Position numbers and translations under genes: made by a program. A stretch of 57,092 nucleotides of DNA, filler included, from Jimgerdemannia flammicorona (lineage: Eukaryota), in the NCBI GenBank assembly GCA_003990765.1. It is 2 parts of 2 records of this genome, joined end to end, with 100 filler letters (N's around TTAATTAATTAA, not from the genome) between each part and the next. Parts side by side here need not be neighbours in the genome. Positions count along the whole stretch, not along the records: positions 1 to 28,521 come from RBNJ01000556.1; 1 more part is not named here. The stretch is one strand, 5' to 3'. This document shows, in pieces, positions 12,111 through 25,600 of this stretch. The notes under the pieces are model-generated. The model was not told the origin of the DNA, did not search any database, and saw nothing but the letters and a program-made list of their open reading frames with translations. The first letter of the stretch is position 1. Each line of letters starts with the position of its first letter.

Positions 12111-13571
12111 ATAGGCAAAATCAAGATTATTCTGCATAACAGTAGTACAGAATAGCACTGAATCATTAGAGAACAGAAGATTGCCCAAGCAGTCTTTATG
12201 AAAATCAAGATCCCACAATTACAAGAAGTCCTCAAACTAACTGAAGAAATAAGACAAGCTAAAGGATTTAGAAGCTCAGATAAGAAGGAAGTATATCTCC
12301 TTCAGGTCAATCACCTCAAAAGAAATATCTCCTAGCAAGTATACCACCAATTAGTCAAACTGTACAAGAATCTCATCCTGGAGTCTAGAGAGCAAACCAC
12401 CTTCAAAATTTTTGTACCATCTGATCTCAGAAACCTCTTCTTTGAACCCAATGAAGATATCCTGAATCTGGATATAGAAGGACACACATTCTCTGACAAG
12501 ATGAATCCAGTATACTCCTAAGTAACCAACCAAAGTTGAGAAAGCATCATCTTATTAAAAGGAACCATCATAGGATATTTGGTATCTTTTCTCAACTAAA
12601 CTTATAGAGAAGTTTATAAACTAAACTTATCAGAAAATAGTAAAAGGTCCTAGAAGAAAGAAAAGGCCCCTCTGTGATCCAGGAGACAGTGAAGTCTTCT
12701 ACCAACATTGGAGAAGAATCAAAACTCCAGCAATAATAACAATTAGTAGAACTTCTTAACAAATATCAAGATATCTTCACTACAGATTATGACAATCTGC
12801 CATATAACCCATTATACCACTACAGTATAAATATAGGAAATACAACACCTATCTAGCAGAAATCCTATAACATACTCCACCATTTAAAGATATTCAAAAA
12901 GGAATACATTTAAGAACTCTTAAACAATAGAGTTATCCAACTCTCTACCAGCCCTTGGGCCAGCCCTATACTTATTATACTAAAGAAAGGAGAATGGAGA
13001 CTCTATGTAGACTACAGAAAACTCAATTTAGTAACCAAAAAGGATGCTTATCCTTTGCCCAAAATCAATGACCTTTTAGACCAGTTATAAGATACCAGAT
13101 ACTTCAGCAGTATGGACCTTTTCACAAGATTTCATAAAATCTCCATGGACCCCAAGAACATTCAGAAAACAGTCTTTCTTACTTTAGAAAAACTGTTTGA
13201 ATATCTCCAAATGTCCTTTGGACTTTACAATATACCTCCTACCTTCCAGAGAATGATGAACTTGATCTATACCCCCCTGATCCACTATTGCTACAGACAG
13301 ACTATATACAATCTACAAATGAAACATCTCAGTACTGATATAGACTCAATTATCTCTGAATGATATATAAAACATGAATTCTGCCATCTACTGAAGTATT
13401 GTCAGCTATGTTGAGATCCTGTTTCCAGAAGAAAAGAAGAATCTGTCAAATAGAGTGACTTTGATCCAAATGAGGATACTAGTTCAGATATTGATGTAGA
13501 AGCTGCTTACATATATTGAGATGATGACTAAAGGATTATCTGAGAGCAGACTATCCTTTAGTGGAGACTAA

Positions 13572-14579
13572 TGTGATGAGTAATAGAATTGTATTACTAA
13601 AATCATAAATTAACCATATATTATATCTAGTACACTAAGTAACTAAGACTGCTTTACTGTACCAATCTATATAATTAGCCAGAGATATCAGAAACAGTAT
13701 ATTTATCTGTTCTGAGTAGGTATATTGTACCAAGTGAGTACACTGTACTATCTAGAAATACTTGCCATAGATAAGAGTGAATAAACCTTAGTCTAAAATT
13801 TAAAGCAAAAGACAAGTCTGCCTACCATGCTTCAAGAGAAACTCTATAGTCACTACTAGAAGATTATGAGCTTACTTTCTACTCTGATCTACTTTTCAAT
13901 ATAAAGAACAAGTCTATTACATTTTTGATATACTTGTCAGATAAGTCTGAAGGTTTGTTACTAAAAGTTTGAATTAAGAACTTCACTACTATTTAAAGTA
14001 ATCCACCACTTAAAGAATAGGCTACCATTTTCAAAAAGAAGTCTGCTATCTTATCACTAAGTCAGTCTGTTGATACAACTTTGCAGTGATTCATTCACAT
14101 AAACAAAGCCTATCTTTGATATAACTTTGCTAAGAAGAAGAGAATCTGAGTCATTATTTAAGAACCTCACTGATTTAGGAGAATCCATATCAAAACTGAG
14201 TTATCTATCAAATTGAGTTATCTGCTAAATTGAGTTGTCTGCCAGAAATCACATATTTTTGGAGATTACTATCACTCAAAGAGAGAACTACTAAATTGCC
14301 AGATCATCACATATAAGGAGATTATCATGCTATATATATAAGAGATTGTCTTATATATTTTGGAGAATATCTATACTATATATAAAATCACTACTACACT
14401 CAGAGAACCATCCCAATAAGGAAATTAATATACAAATCAATTGCTGTATCCAGATTGACTATTGTATCACTAAATACTAAGAATATTTTATTACTTTTGA
14501 CAAAGTAACTGTGGGCTCAAGCTAAACTACATTAATTCCCAACCTTATAATTTGTCTCTATTAAGCTAGGTATATTATA
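13572..14579 (+). repeat. 3' LTR of element B (family B/C)
   Basis: Starts TGTGATGAG after a decayed purine-rich tract; homologous to 15621-16798. Confidence 0.85.
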
Positions 14580-14881
14580 ATATATATACTTAAAATGATA
14601 TAATATAGTTAATATTAAAAATTCTAGTATTAAAAATATTATTTATTATAATTGGAAGACAGAAATAACTATTATTATATATATTGAGTAGTTTAATATT
14701 TTATCTATAAATGTAGTTATTCAAATAATATATATATAATTCTTATTTTGAGAAATATAATTTAGTAAGAATAAACTTAATAGGTAGATTGAATATATAT
14801 TATTTCTATTCATATTTAGTGAATAAGTATATAGATTATATATTATAGAAAGAACTATTTTAGATATATTTATTTATTTAT

Positions 14882-15001
14882 AAAAAAACTTACTCATATA
14901 GAGCTATCCACTCAAAAAGATAGTATCATCCTTGTGCAGGGGCTATACTAATCTTCTTTGTATTGTTCTAATTTTTTCAAGTATCAATAGTCCTAAAGGA
15001 C
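14882..15001 (-). pseudogene. U6: Mutated U6 snRNA copy
   Basis: Minus strand reads AAAATTAGAACAATACAAAGAAGATTAGTATAGCCCCTGCACAAGGATGATAC, the U6 core with G>A/C>T changes (ACAGAGA box now ACAAAGA); 5' hairpin GTCC-TTTA-GGAC; terminal T-run. Confidence 0.9.
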
Positions 15002-15620
15002 TTGACTATTTATTTATAAATACTTAATAATATAAAACTAAAATATTTTAAAAATTTTAATTTTTTTTTTTGACTTAATATTTATTATAAAATTATATAT
15101 AAAAAACATTTAAAAATTTAATAAAAAATAAAAGCAAATTTTTTAGCAATTTAATTTTTGTAGCCAAATCTAACTATATTACAAAATAAGAAATAGTTAA
15201 ATAAACTAAATAACTATAATATATATTGTAATATAGCAAATGCATATATAACTATATAAGTATATCAGATTTCTATATTTTGAAAACTTAATCTTCTTTG
15301 ACTCTACAGAGTCCTTGAAATGCAGGAGTGGGTAAGTTTAAAGTATATCTGCTTACAGGCTTACTAGTTCTCTTACTTTCTCTTTACTTTGAACTATTTT
15401 GATCTAAAGTTTATTTACTTTAAATATTGAGATATTTATATAAGTTTGCTAGCTATAATATGGCTAAATTATAACTATGTTTTCTGTAAGTCACTTTTCA
15501 TAAGTATAGATCCTTAATATCTATGAAATCTTGATAATCATCAAGATTTAATATCTGTAAAATCTCAATTTTAACATTTGTTAAAGTTTCTATATTTATA
15601 AAATTATAAGACTATACTAT

Positions 15621-16798
15621 TATGATAAGTAGCAAAATTGTACTACTAAATTCATAAATTAGCCATATACTATATCTAGTATACTAAGTAATCAAGACTA
15701 CTTTATTGTACTAACTTATATAATTAGCCAGAGATACCAGAAACAGTATATTTATCTATACCAAGTAGGGTACACTATACTGAATAGATATACTATACCC
15801 AGTGGATACACTGTACTCTCTAGAAATACTTACCATAGATAGTAATCTATAGTTAGCAATATAGTAATCAGTAGCAACTACAACTATATAAAATACCTCA
15901 GAGATAAGAGTGAATAAACCTTAGTCCAAAATTGAAGCAAACCAAAGAAGTTTCTAAAGATTGAGCATTGGTCTCTTTTCTCTACTCTAGTCTACTTTCT
16001 GATATAAAGAAGAGTTTGTTACATTTTTGGTTTACTTGCCAGATAAGCCTGAAGAATCTGAGAAATCTACCAGAAGTTTGAGTGAAGAACTTTATCAAAG
16101 AAGTCTACTATCTTATACAAAGCCAGTCTGTTGATACAACTTTGTAGTAAACTTATTCATGCAAATGAAGTCAGTTGATATAACTTTGCCAAGAAAGAGA
16201 ATTCAAGTTATTATTCAAGAAGTCTATCAGTTCTGGAGAATCTATATCATTTGCTATTTTCAAGTTATCTACATTCCCAGAGAAGCCACCAATTAAAAAG
16301 AATCTACAATATTTGAGTTATCTGAGTTATTCATGATACTTAAGTTATTCATCTATTCTCAGTGAGCCTAGCCTAAGAAGAATCTATACTATCTGAGTAT
16401 TATTCCCAGTAAGCCTGATTCAGAAGATCATTATACTATACAGAGATTGTTATACAGAAATTGCATAAGGAAACTGTTAAATTGCAAGATCATCATATAT
16501 AAGAAATTCACTACACTATACAGAGATGGTCACACTATACAAGAGATCATCATGTAGAAATTGTGTGCTTTTGGAGAACACCCACACTATATACAAAATT
16601 ACTACTATATCTAAAAACCCATCTCAATAAGAAAATTGCTTATAGATATTCAGCTTTGACTATTATACTACTAAATATCAAGGATCTCAGAAATCTTAGA
16701 ACATTTTGTTACTTTTTGACAAAGTAACTAGGAGCTCAAGCCAAACTACATAAATCTCTAATCTTGTAATTTGCCTCTATTGAGCCAGGCATGTTACA
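15621..16798 (+). repeat. 5' LTR of element C
   Basis: Homologous to 13572-14579; ends ATGTTACA; followed by a PBS. Confidence 0.85.
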
Positions 16799-16800
16799 TT

Positions 16801-16817
16801 TGGGGGCTCAACTGAGA
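16801..16817 (+). promoter_or_regulatory. Primer-binding site, tRNA-Pro type
   Basis: TGGGGGCTCAACTGAGA resembles the canonical tRNA-Pro PBS TGGGGGCTCGTCCGGGA. Confidence 0.75.
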
Positions 16818-18991
16818 AGATTTCAAATTGATATGACTTTTCAGCTCACAAGAACCTACAGTCAAATTGGACATATTTGATACAACACTAATTTCTGCCA
16901 CTATAGGAGAACCAGTTATTACCAGTATCTAGACAAGAAGAGAAGTAATTATCTTAAGACTTGCCAACTATCTAGCATCAGAAGGATCCTAACCAGAAAC
17001 CAGTATAGTCTGAAATTCTCAATTAGATCAACTAGATAATACAGGCAGTTCTGTTGGAGACTTTGAAGAACTTACTCAAGAACTAGAAGATCTTATTACA
17101 TAACCCCAAAATCCTGTAGCCAGATATTCCACAGTAGTTCTGTCAATCTCACCCATTAAACCTTTACCACTAGCCCTTACAGAACTGGAAGCAGCTCTTT
17201 TAAGAATACCTAGGCTCATTCCACTTTATCTAAGGTCTGGAACACCATCCTCCAGATATCCAAGCACTTTCATCTCTAGTGATAGTTCAGAAAGTGAATC
17301 AGAGTCAGAATCTGAATCAGAATCTGGACCAGAACCAGAATCAGAAGAAAGTGACAATAAAATGGCCACCTCATTGCCAACTTTTGCAAGATATCCAAAG
17401 AAAGATCCTAGAGAATTCCTTAATGGAATTGAGGGAATTGCAGCTCTGAGGAATCTCTCAAATGAAAGAAAAATTGCCATCTATAAGACCCAGCTCAGAG
17501 AACCAGCCAGAGGAATTTTCCACTAAACAGCAAGAGACCTATACTTAGAACTAGTAGTACAAATACAAGCAATAGCATCTTATAAACTAGAATATGAAGC
17601 CATGGTCCACTGGCTCATTGAAAAATATACAGGAAATGAAACCCACCACAAGGCTCAAGAATTCATTATGGAGATGAAGATGAATCTTGGAGAATCACCC
17701 AGAGCCTTCTTTATAAGAATCCAGAAGAGAATGCATACAGCCAGGTTCAATGCTACCAATTAAGACATCATAGGTCTAATGACCTTTATTAATGGGATTC
17801 TCCCAAACATTTCCCAGCATATCTGCATTCTAGGCATCAGAAGGTCTGAAGAGTAAGTAGATATAGCCCAAGGATTCTTTGATATCAGACAAGAAACTAC
17901 CTAGAGTGACTATGACAAGAAGGATAACAAAGAAGATATTCTAATCAAAGCTCTACAAGGACTCCTTTAAGGACAAGAAAGATCTGAAGAAAGAAGGCCA
18001 GCCAAAGAAGGAAAAAAGGATAAAAGTAAAATCCAAGATCTCAGTTCCAAGTTGGATCAATTGGTTAGACAGATTGAAAAACTCACTACAGAGTTATCAA
18101 GACAATAGAGGATATCTACTACAAAGGAGCCAAGGTTATTTACCAAGATATAACAGAAACTACCAGTAAGAGGAAAGAAGATATTCTGCTTGAGACAGAG
18201 CCTAAGTCCAATACTTCTACTGTAGACAATTTGGACACTATACTACTGAATGTGACAATAGAAGAAATGACTGAAGGGACTCAGAGCCACCAAACTGAAA
18301 GAATGAAACTTAGTACAAGAAGGCTGAAGTCCATCTTGTTGAAGACTTTGAAGAAGAAAGCAATAATGGAGACTACAGTAACCTAGACTTGTACCCTATC
18401 AAGGTTACTATCCAAAAAACAGTCTACTCAGTAGAGAAAAGAAAGAGACCTGTAGGAAGACCATCCAGAAATATCAGCAGAAGAATTATCTAAGAATAAG
18501 ATGAAGAATATGAAGAAGAATAAGTAGAAATATCTCTCTGAACTCCCTTACCTTTTGTCTCCAAGACAAATGAGCTGCTACCAGAGAATGAAGAAATGGA
18601 GCAAGAAGAATGGGAACCTACTGCTCCAAAACCCAAGAAGAAGTATACTCTGAAGACCATGCTCAGAGATATCTACAATGAAGCCTGGCAGAAGATTCTA
18701 GAAGCCAAGATAGAAGTCCCTCTCCTATAGTTCCTGCAACTGATACTAGCTAGAGTCTAAAACAAATTGCTGAGGATCACTAGATCTAGTACTGGCTGAG
18801 TCCTCATTCCACAGCAAGAGTCAGCTCCCACCTATCCAAGCTATAGAAAGACATATCAGCACCTACCTATATGGAGATATTGGAGGACAAAAGGTGAAAA
18901 TCCTCATAGATATAGGAGTAGCTATTTGTATCATTACCAAATGATTCCTGGATACCCTCCAATGGTCCATTGATAGACCATCCAATCTCAG

Positions 18992-20174
18992 CAGCATCTT
19001 TCTCTGCTACCTTACCAGTCACAGGGTTTGGTAGGTGACCTTCTAAGTCCCCTTTCCCCTAATATTACCCCCTCTATCTCAGGTTGGTTTGCTGTGCCTG
19101 CAGGGGTATGGTGGGAGGAGGGCAATGGTGATGAGTTGCCCCTTTATCAGTGTCGGATTGGTGATTCCTCCACTTTTTCGTGGATTCTGGTGCCTTCAGC
19201 TACATCTGGGGTATACCCATTTTGGTGCAGCGCCTTCTTTCTTTTGCCATTGCCAACAAAGAGTTGTTTTAGTATATCTCAGGCTACATAGGAAGTCAGC
19301 TGACCTTGGGCATCAAGTGCTCAGTGTAGATTACCTGCAGGTCCTCGGTACCTGTGGTGGGGCCCTCTGGCTTTGGCAAGCTTCCTGGTGAGTGCGGTTC
19401 TGGTATAGGTGACTGTTTTTTGGGTAATGTCAGGATGAGAGGAGAGATGGCCATCACAGATAGGAGGAAGAATGATTATGGTGAACCAGTAGGGTGCCAG
19501 GCTGGGGGCAGTCATCAGGGCTGGGGTGGGTGCTGCTTCAGTGGGGTCTTTTGATTGATACAGTGCAGTTAGGTGGTAGGTGTCACTCTCAGCTTCTTTT
19601 GGTGATTCATGGGGTTGGGCCCCGGTCATCAGGGGGGGTCAGGGGGCCCGAGGCTACCCATTTCAGATGTCTTGGCTGCACTCAACTGGAACCGGGAGCT
19701 GACATGGCAACGTGATCGAGGCCTGCAGGCTTGAGTAGTGGGGTATTGGGGGTTTCCTCTCGCCTCATGTGTAAGTCCTCTACTCATCTCAACTGGGAGA
19801 ACCAGGCCCTACCCACCATGTTGTACTGTGATGAGGGTTTTTTCTTTACCTGTCATTCTCTTTGGGGTGGCAGGGGCTATTCTATTCAGCTTGGGTATGA
19901 CCTTGTATATACATTGGGTTCTCAGGCATGCACTTTTGGTCATTAGCATATGGCTGGGTTTCCCCTGATGGTAGGGAGAGCATGGTGCACAGAATGAGGT
20001 ACAGGCTACTTTGCCCTGCTGCATCTGGCATGGTCGAGCTGCTGGACAATAGCTAGCCTAGGTTAATGGGGGGGCAGTGCTTAATGGGTGGTGGGGGAGA
20101 GTTTTGGCCTATATAGTCTAGGTTCTCTTCCAATAAAAATCTGCAGGACATAGAGTCCGTTAAACAAAAAAAAA
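18992..20174 (+). mobile_element. ~1.18-kb SINE-like non-autonomous retroposon, copy 1
   Basis: 16-bp TSD GACCATCCAATCTCAG at 18976-18991 and 20175-20190 within element C protease; AATAAA at 20132 and A-tail; further copies at 41389, 49315 and 50025. Confidence 0.9.
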
Positions 20175-22670
20175 GACCATCCAATCTCAGTATCATAGTA
20201 GCAGATGGAGCCCAAACTCAACCCCTTGGAGAAGTATGAAACATCACCATCTCTCTTGGACACATTCAGTTCTCTATTCTAAAAGCTATTGTCACTAAAG
20301 CTATTATCTATGATATAATCCTTAGTACTAACTAGATGAAGGAGATGAATGTAGTTATTGATATCAGTCAACAAGTACTCAAGTTTGACTACTGAGGCAA
20401 GAAGTACAGAGTTAAGATAACTAGCTATGAGCAATCAAAGAAGAAGAAGAAGGTCACTATTCAGGAAAAATATACCAGCAGCAAAGAATCTACCACAGAA
20501 GAAGAGGAAGAATCCAAAGATGGAAATGATCCCAGACTTAATTTCTGGATCAACTTAGTAGATAACAGGTCAGAAGATAATATATGGATTAAGAACACCA
20601 TCCCAATTACCATTGGAGTCATTGCAGAAGAAATCAAAAGATGCCCTATCTGTCTCAAGAGACACAAGTATCTCTAAGATCATTGGGACAAGAAATTCAC
20701 CTAGCACAGTCTGCTCCAAGTATAGAAGAAAGAAGAAGAAATGCAGATATGTTCTAGAGATACCTGCAATTAAAGCTACTGAAGTACAAGCAATCTGAGA
20801 TCAAGAGTCATCTGAGGAAGAAAAAACCCCCAAACAGGAAGTTTCCAAACAAGAAGTATCTGAAGAAGAAGAAGTCTCTGAACTCATTCCCTGGGATGAT
20901 CCTTGCTGAACACCACCTGAAGATAATGACTTTTGGAATATTGAAGAAGGACTCAGCATTATTTCAAAGTAAGAAACTCACCAAGAGAGAGCCTTTCAGC
21001 TAGAAAGATATCTACATCAAATGGTCTTCCACTCTCCCCAAGACTACTAATATCAGTGCTATCTATTGGATCAATAAGAAAGACAGAGACCCTAAAGATT
21101 AGAACCTCCAACCATAGTTGCACAGTCAATCACCTTCTGAGAAGTTACTACTAAGTTATAAAGCTGATTTAGAGGACAAGGTCTCTTTATCCAGACAGAA
21201 ATATACCCCTTAGCCACTCTTCTCCCAACATATAACTAAGATGGATACCAATTCCTGAGACAACAAGAGATTAATAACTGGGAACAGTATTTTCAAGTAA
21301 TGGGATATTGCAATCATAGAAGACACCCAGACTGCTGAGACTGCAGACATCAGAAGATTTACCTCAGTCATAATATTGTGATCCATATCTTGAAAAGAGA
21401 AGCTAACAGAGACCAGATCTGAAAAAGCCAGACCAAGAAGTCAGAAAGAAGGACCCTTAAGATCTATGATTTAGGAGAAGATATCTTAGCTCTCATCAGA
21501 TATATAACCTACCAATAATGGATAGAAGATACTACCAACTTCATGGAAGCTCTAGACCTTACAGGAAAAAGAGGAATCAACTATCTCCAAGACCCATCTA
21601 CTAGAGCCAGATGGCCACACCTCAACCTCAGGGCCTGGAGACTCTCTGCTAGTAGAGCCTCAGCCTAAGGATAGCCTGAACTTAGTAAAGATATTGCCCA
21701 GTATGTCCTGCTACATCCCAAGGCCAAATCTCTGACAAAAGCTCATTAAGAAGATATAGAGTATGACCTTTACAGTCTAGAGGATGAAGCCATCAAGCTC
21801 AGAAGAACACTGATGATCAGAACTAGACTAGCCATGTAGTCACTCTAAGGAACTTACATTCAACTAATCTCAAGATCTGGACTTACCAGACAAAGAATAA
21901 CCATAGAAGGAGAAACCATTGACCTAGGATATATAGGTGAAATCAAGGTCATCCTATACAACAGTAGTACAGAATAGCACCAAATCATGAGAGGACAGAA
22001 GATTACCCAAGTAGTCTTTATGAAGATCAAGACCTCACAACTACAAGAAGTCTCCAAAATGATTGAAGGAATAAGACAAGCCAAAGAATTTGAAAGCTCA
22101 GATAAAAAGAAAGTCTATCTCCTTCAAGTCAACCACCTCAAGAGGAATATTCTCCAGCAAGTATACCACCAACTAGTTAAGCTACACAAAAATCTCATCC
22201 TGGAACCCAGAGAGCAAACTATCTTCGAAACTTTGTACTACCTGATCCCAGAAACCTCTTCTTTGAACCTAATGAAGATATCCCAAATCTAGATATAGAA
22301 GGATATACATTCTCTGATGAGATGAATCCAGTGTACTTCTGAGCAACTAATCAAAGTTAGGAAACCATTATCTTGCCAAAAAGAACTATCATAGGACATC
22401 TGGTGCCTTTTCTCAACTGAACTCATAGAGAAGTTTATGAACTAAACCTATCAGAAAATGGCAAAAGGTCTCAGAAGAAAGGAAAGGCCCCTCTGTGACC
22501 CAGGAGACAGTGAAGTCTTCTACCAACATTAGAGAAGAATTGACACTCCAGCAATGACAATAACTAGTAGAACTCCTTAATAAATATCAAGATATCTTTA
22601 CTACCAATTATAGCAATCTGCTATACAACCCATTATATCACTATAGTATAAATACAGGAAATGCAACATC

Positions 22671-25600
22671 AACCTTTCTCAGCTATAATTTACATTACAC
22701 ACACTTTTATAACATACTTTTAAGTTATTTATTAGAGAAAGGTACTAAGGCAATGGCAAACAGCAAGCAATCTGGAGCATATACTGGGTAGGGCAGCCCC
22801 AGTGCATTTGACTGACAGCAGATAGAGAGAGGTCCTGACCTGAGGAGAGGTATGAGGGGGCTGCTGGCAGGAGGATGAGAAGGGAGAGAAGATAGTGATG
22901 GAGAACAGGGGTCTGGGAGAGCAAGCTTTGTAGAGATGGTGAAGGAGAGACAGCAGCCATCAGGGCTGGAGAGATGGCTGAAGAAAGGCAAGGAGATAGA
23001 GAAGACAGCAGTTTGTGGGGGAGTAGCCCTTGATAGTGAGGGCAGTAGAGCTGGGGAAGTAGTGGCTGGGGTGAGTGTGACAGCTAATAGTGATGGGACT
23101 GCCAATCTGGAAAAAAATCCAGATGTGACTGCTAATGGTGCAGCTGAGCAGCAGGCAGGGGGACTTGATCAATGGTGTGACAGGCCTGGTAGTGGCCCTG
23201 TTACTCAAAAAATCAATCTTAGTATTTACAGTTACACTGTGCTTCCAAGGCCTAGTGGTGATGGCAAAAATGGTACTGGGGCTTATCACTAAGCAGGTGG
23301 CTAGAGCAGTATCAGTAAAGTTTCTGAAGGGACTGAAGGGAGTGGAAGTGGGCTTTGAGGAGACTGAGCCTTTGAAGGAGGCACTGAAGGTTGGTCTGAC
23401 TATTAGAGAAGTGTATTTCCCTATGGTGTGCTGCCTGAGATAGAATCCCAGAATAGTACAACTGCTGATAAAAGGAGTGCTCACAGTGATAGTAGTGGAG
23501 ATAAGAAGGAGAGTTGAGGAGGTTATGGCAGAGTATGGCAAGGTAGTAGACATCAGCTTCAGGGTCTGAGAAGAGACCTCACTCAGGACTGAGAATATTG
23601 ATGTATGGATTCAGCTAGCTAGAAAGGAGGCTACCAGGAAGACAAGGGACTGGCCATCAGTGATGGTCTGGGGGGCAATCTTATGTAAGATGATGAGAGT
23701 GAAGGAGAGTAAGAAGGAGGAAGAGGATTTGTTAGAAGCATTGGAAGAGCTGAGTGGTGTGGTGGAGTGGTGGGCAAAGGCTTTGAAGGCTTTTGTAGAA
23801 TCAATGTACTTAGAGGTGGTGGATGGAAAGTGGATTAGAATGGACAAGGGGTAGTGGGAAAGAGCTCAGGAGTATAAGTGTCAGAAGGAGCTGTTGGCTC
23901 AGCTAGAAGATGAACCTCAAAAGGATACAGGTGGAATGGTGGAGGTGGGGGGTGCCAAAGCAAGTATCTGGGCTGACAAGGATAGTAGGAGTACAAGGAA
24001 GGTGGCAGGAGAGGACAGAAAAGTGACTGGTAAGGATCCATATACTGATAGTATGTTGGAGGTCTGGGAGGAGGACTGGGAGGGATTGTCTACCCCTACT
24101 CCTCTTATCAGGTGAGGTCCAGCTTCCCAAAGCAGAGTGATAGAGGATGTGCCAATGAGGGGGGTCCAGTGAGTGCAGTTTGGAGTTCCTGAGGTGGTGA
24201 ATGGGGGACAAGTGGTGGCAGTTAGAGAGGAGGAACTGGTGGATGTCCCAGAGGTGTGAGATGAGTCTGTGAGTACAGGGGCTGACACCATGATGTTGGA
24301 TGGAGGGAGACTGGCAACTTCTGGGGGGAAGAAGGTGGGGAACCTGCTTTGGATGTGCAGAATGATGAATAATCTGGTGGCTGAAGAGTTGGGGGAGGTG
24401 GACTTGAAAGTAATGAGTGATGAGCATTGAGTAAGGATCCTACAAGGGGATGGGGTGGAGCTAGTATTGAAGGCAGAAATCCTTGTAGTATATCTGGAGG
24501 AGGAAGGGTATGAGGTGGATAAGGAGCAGGAGGCTGAGCTGGCAGGGGTTGCTGGTGAGAGGGCTAAATATTGTTGGGACAAGCATTATAGATTGCAGCT
24601 CTGGCAGGAGGCCTGCCTGAAGTATCATGAGGAGTTTGAGGAGAAGACAGATGGGGAGATAAATGAGCTATTGGCTGGACTAGAGGCTCAGAGGACTGAA
24701 GAGAAAGCAGTGACTGCAGAATATAATCTGGACATAGTGCAGGAAGAGGTGAATATGGAGCAGTAAGGATAGACTGGATAATATACCATATTTCATTATG
24801 AATGGTACAACTAACATTTTCTCTTTAAACATGAATGAGTTATGTGGTGCTTCTTGATATAGGAATATTTTTACTTGGCTGAAGGGATTGGAGGCCAATC
24901 TCTTCCTCTTGCAGGATATTAGGTACAAGAATGATTTGGATAGACTGGAATGGATGAAGAAATGGGGAGGTGAGGCAGTTTGGAAGGGCAAGATTGGGAT
25001 TCTGGTCTGAAAAGGTCGAGGGGAGATACAGGAGATAAGGAGCTGGGAGAAAAGATTGGTCTGGGAAGAGTAGATACATATAGGCTAAGAGCCAGTCACA
25101 GTTAGCTCCTATTACTGCCCTACTGTGTGGAGTGAGCATGTGGATTGGATGAAAGGTCTCCAGGAGAGTGGGGTTCTTATGGAGGCTGGGGTGGATGTGC
25201 TTGGTGGCAACTTCAATATGGTCCAGGATGCATGAGTGGATAGAATAGATGGTGGAAGAGGAGCTGAGAATAGGAGTGGAGGGTTGGTGGTATGAAAGGA
25301 TGTGGAAAGGCTAAGTGCTTTGATAGATGCTGGTAGGGAGTATTGGAGAGATAGGAGGGTATATACACTGGGTGGGGGGTCTGAGGACAAGGATTGACTG
25401 GATACTGATGGCCAGCTGCTGGAGATTGGATGTTTGGAAGTCACTGGAAGTGGAATGGTGCCCCTGGTCAGATCATTGGGGACTGTTAGGGCAGGGATAT
25501 TTTGGGGGGAGTGGGGATGGGCCTGGACATTAGTACCTCAATTCCTCATTACTAGATGATAGGATCTGGTAGAATGCATGGGTGGAAGACATTCAACTGA

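Larger units (their letters stand above)
860..14579 (+). mobile_element. Ty3/gypsy element B: 5'-truncated, internally deleted, split by element A; retains PR-dUTPase spacer, dUTPase, N-terminal RT and 3' LTR
   Basis: 860-2087 plus 12115-12850 aligns colinearly with 20718-22670; RT motifs [38 protein letters not shown] at ~12950-13260; LTR at 13572-14579. Confidence 0.85.
15621..22670 (+). mobile_element. Ty3/gypsy element C (5' LTR, gag, PR, long spacer, dUTPase, start of RT), cut off by a LINE
   Basis: LTR 15621-16798; gag-like frame from ~17362; decayed knuckle FYCRQFGHYTTEC ~18213; PR KILIDIGVA ~18900; dUTPase ~21700-22100 (SRSGL, GETIDLGYIGEI). Confidence 0.88.

Noticed and set aside
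22725..25444. Ser/Pro/Thr-rich minus-strand ORFs
   Set aside because: Antisense shadows of the purine-rich LINE
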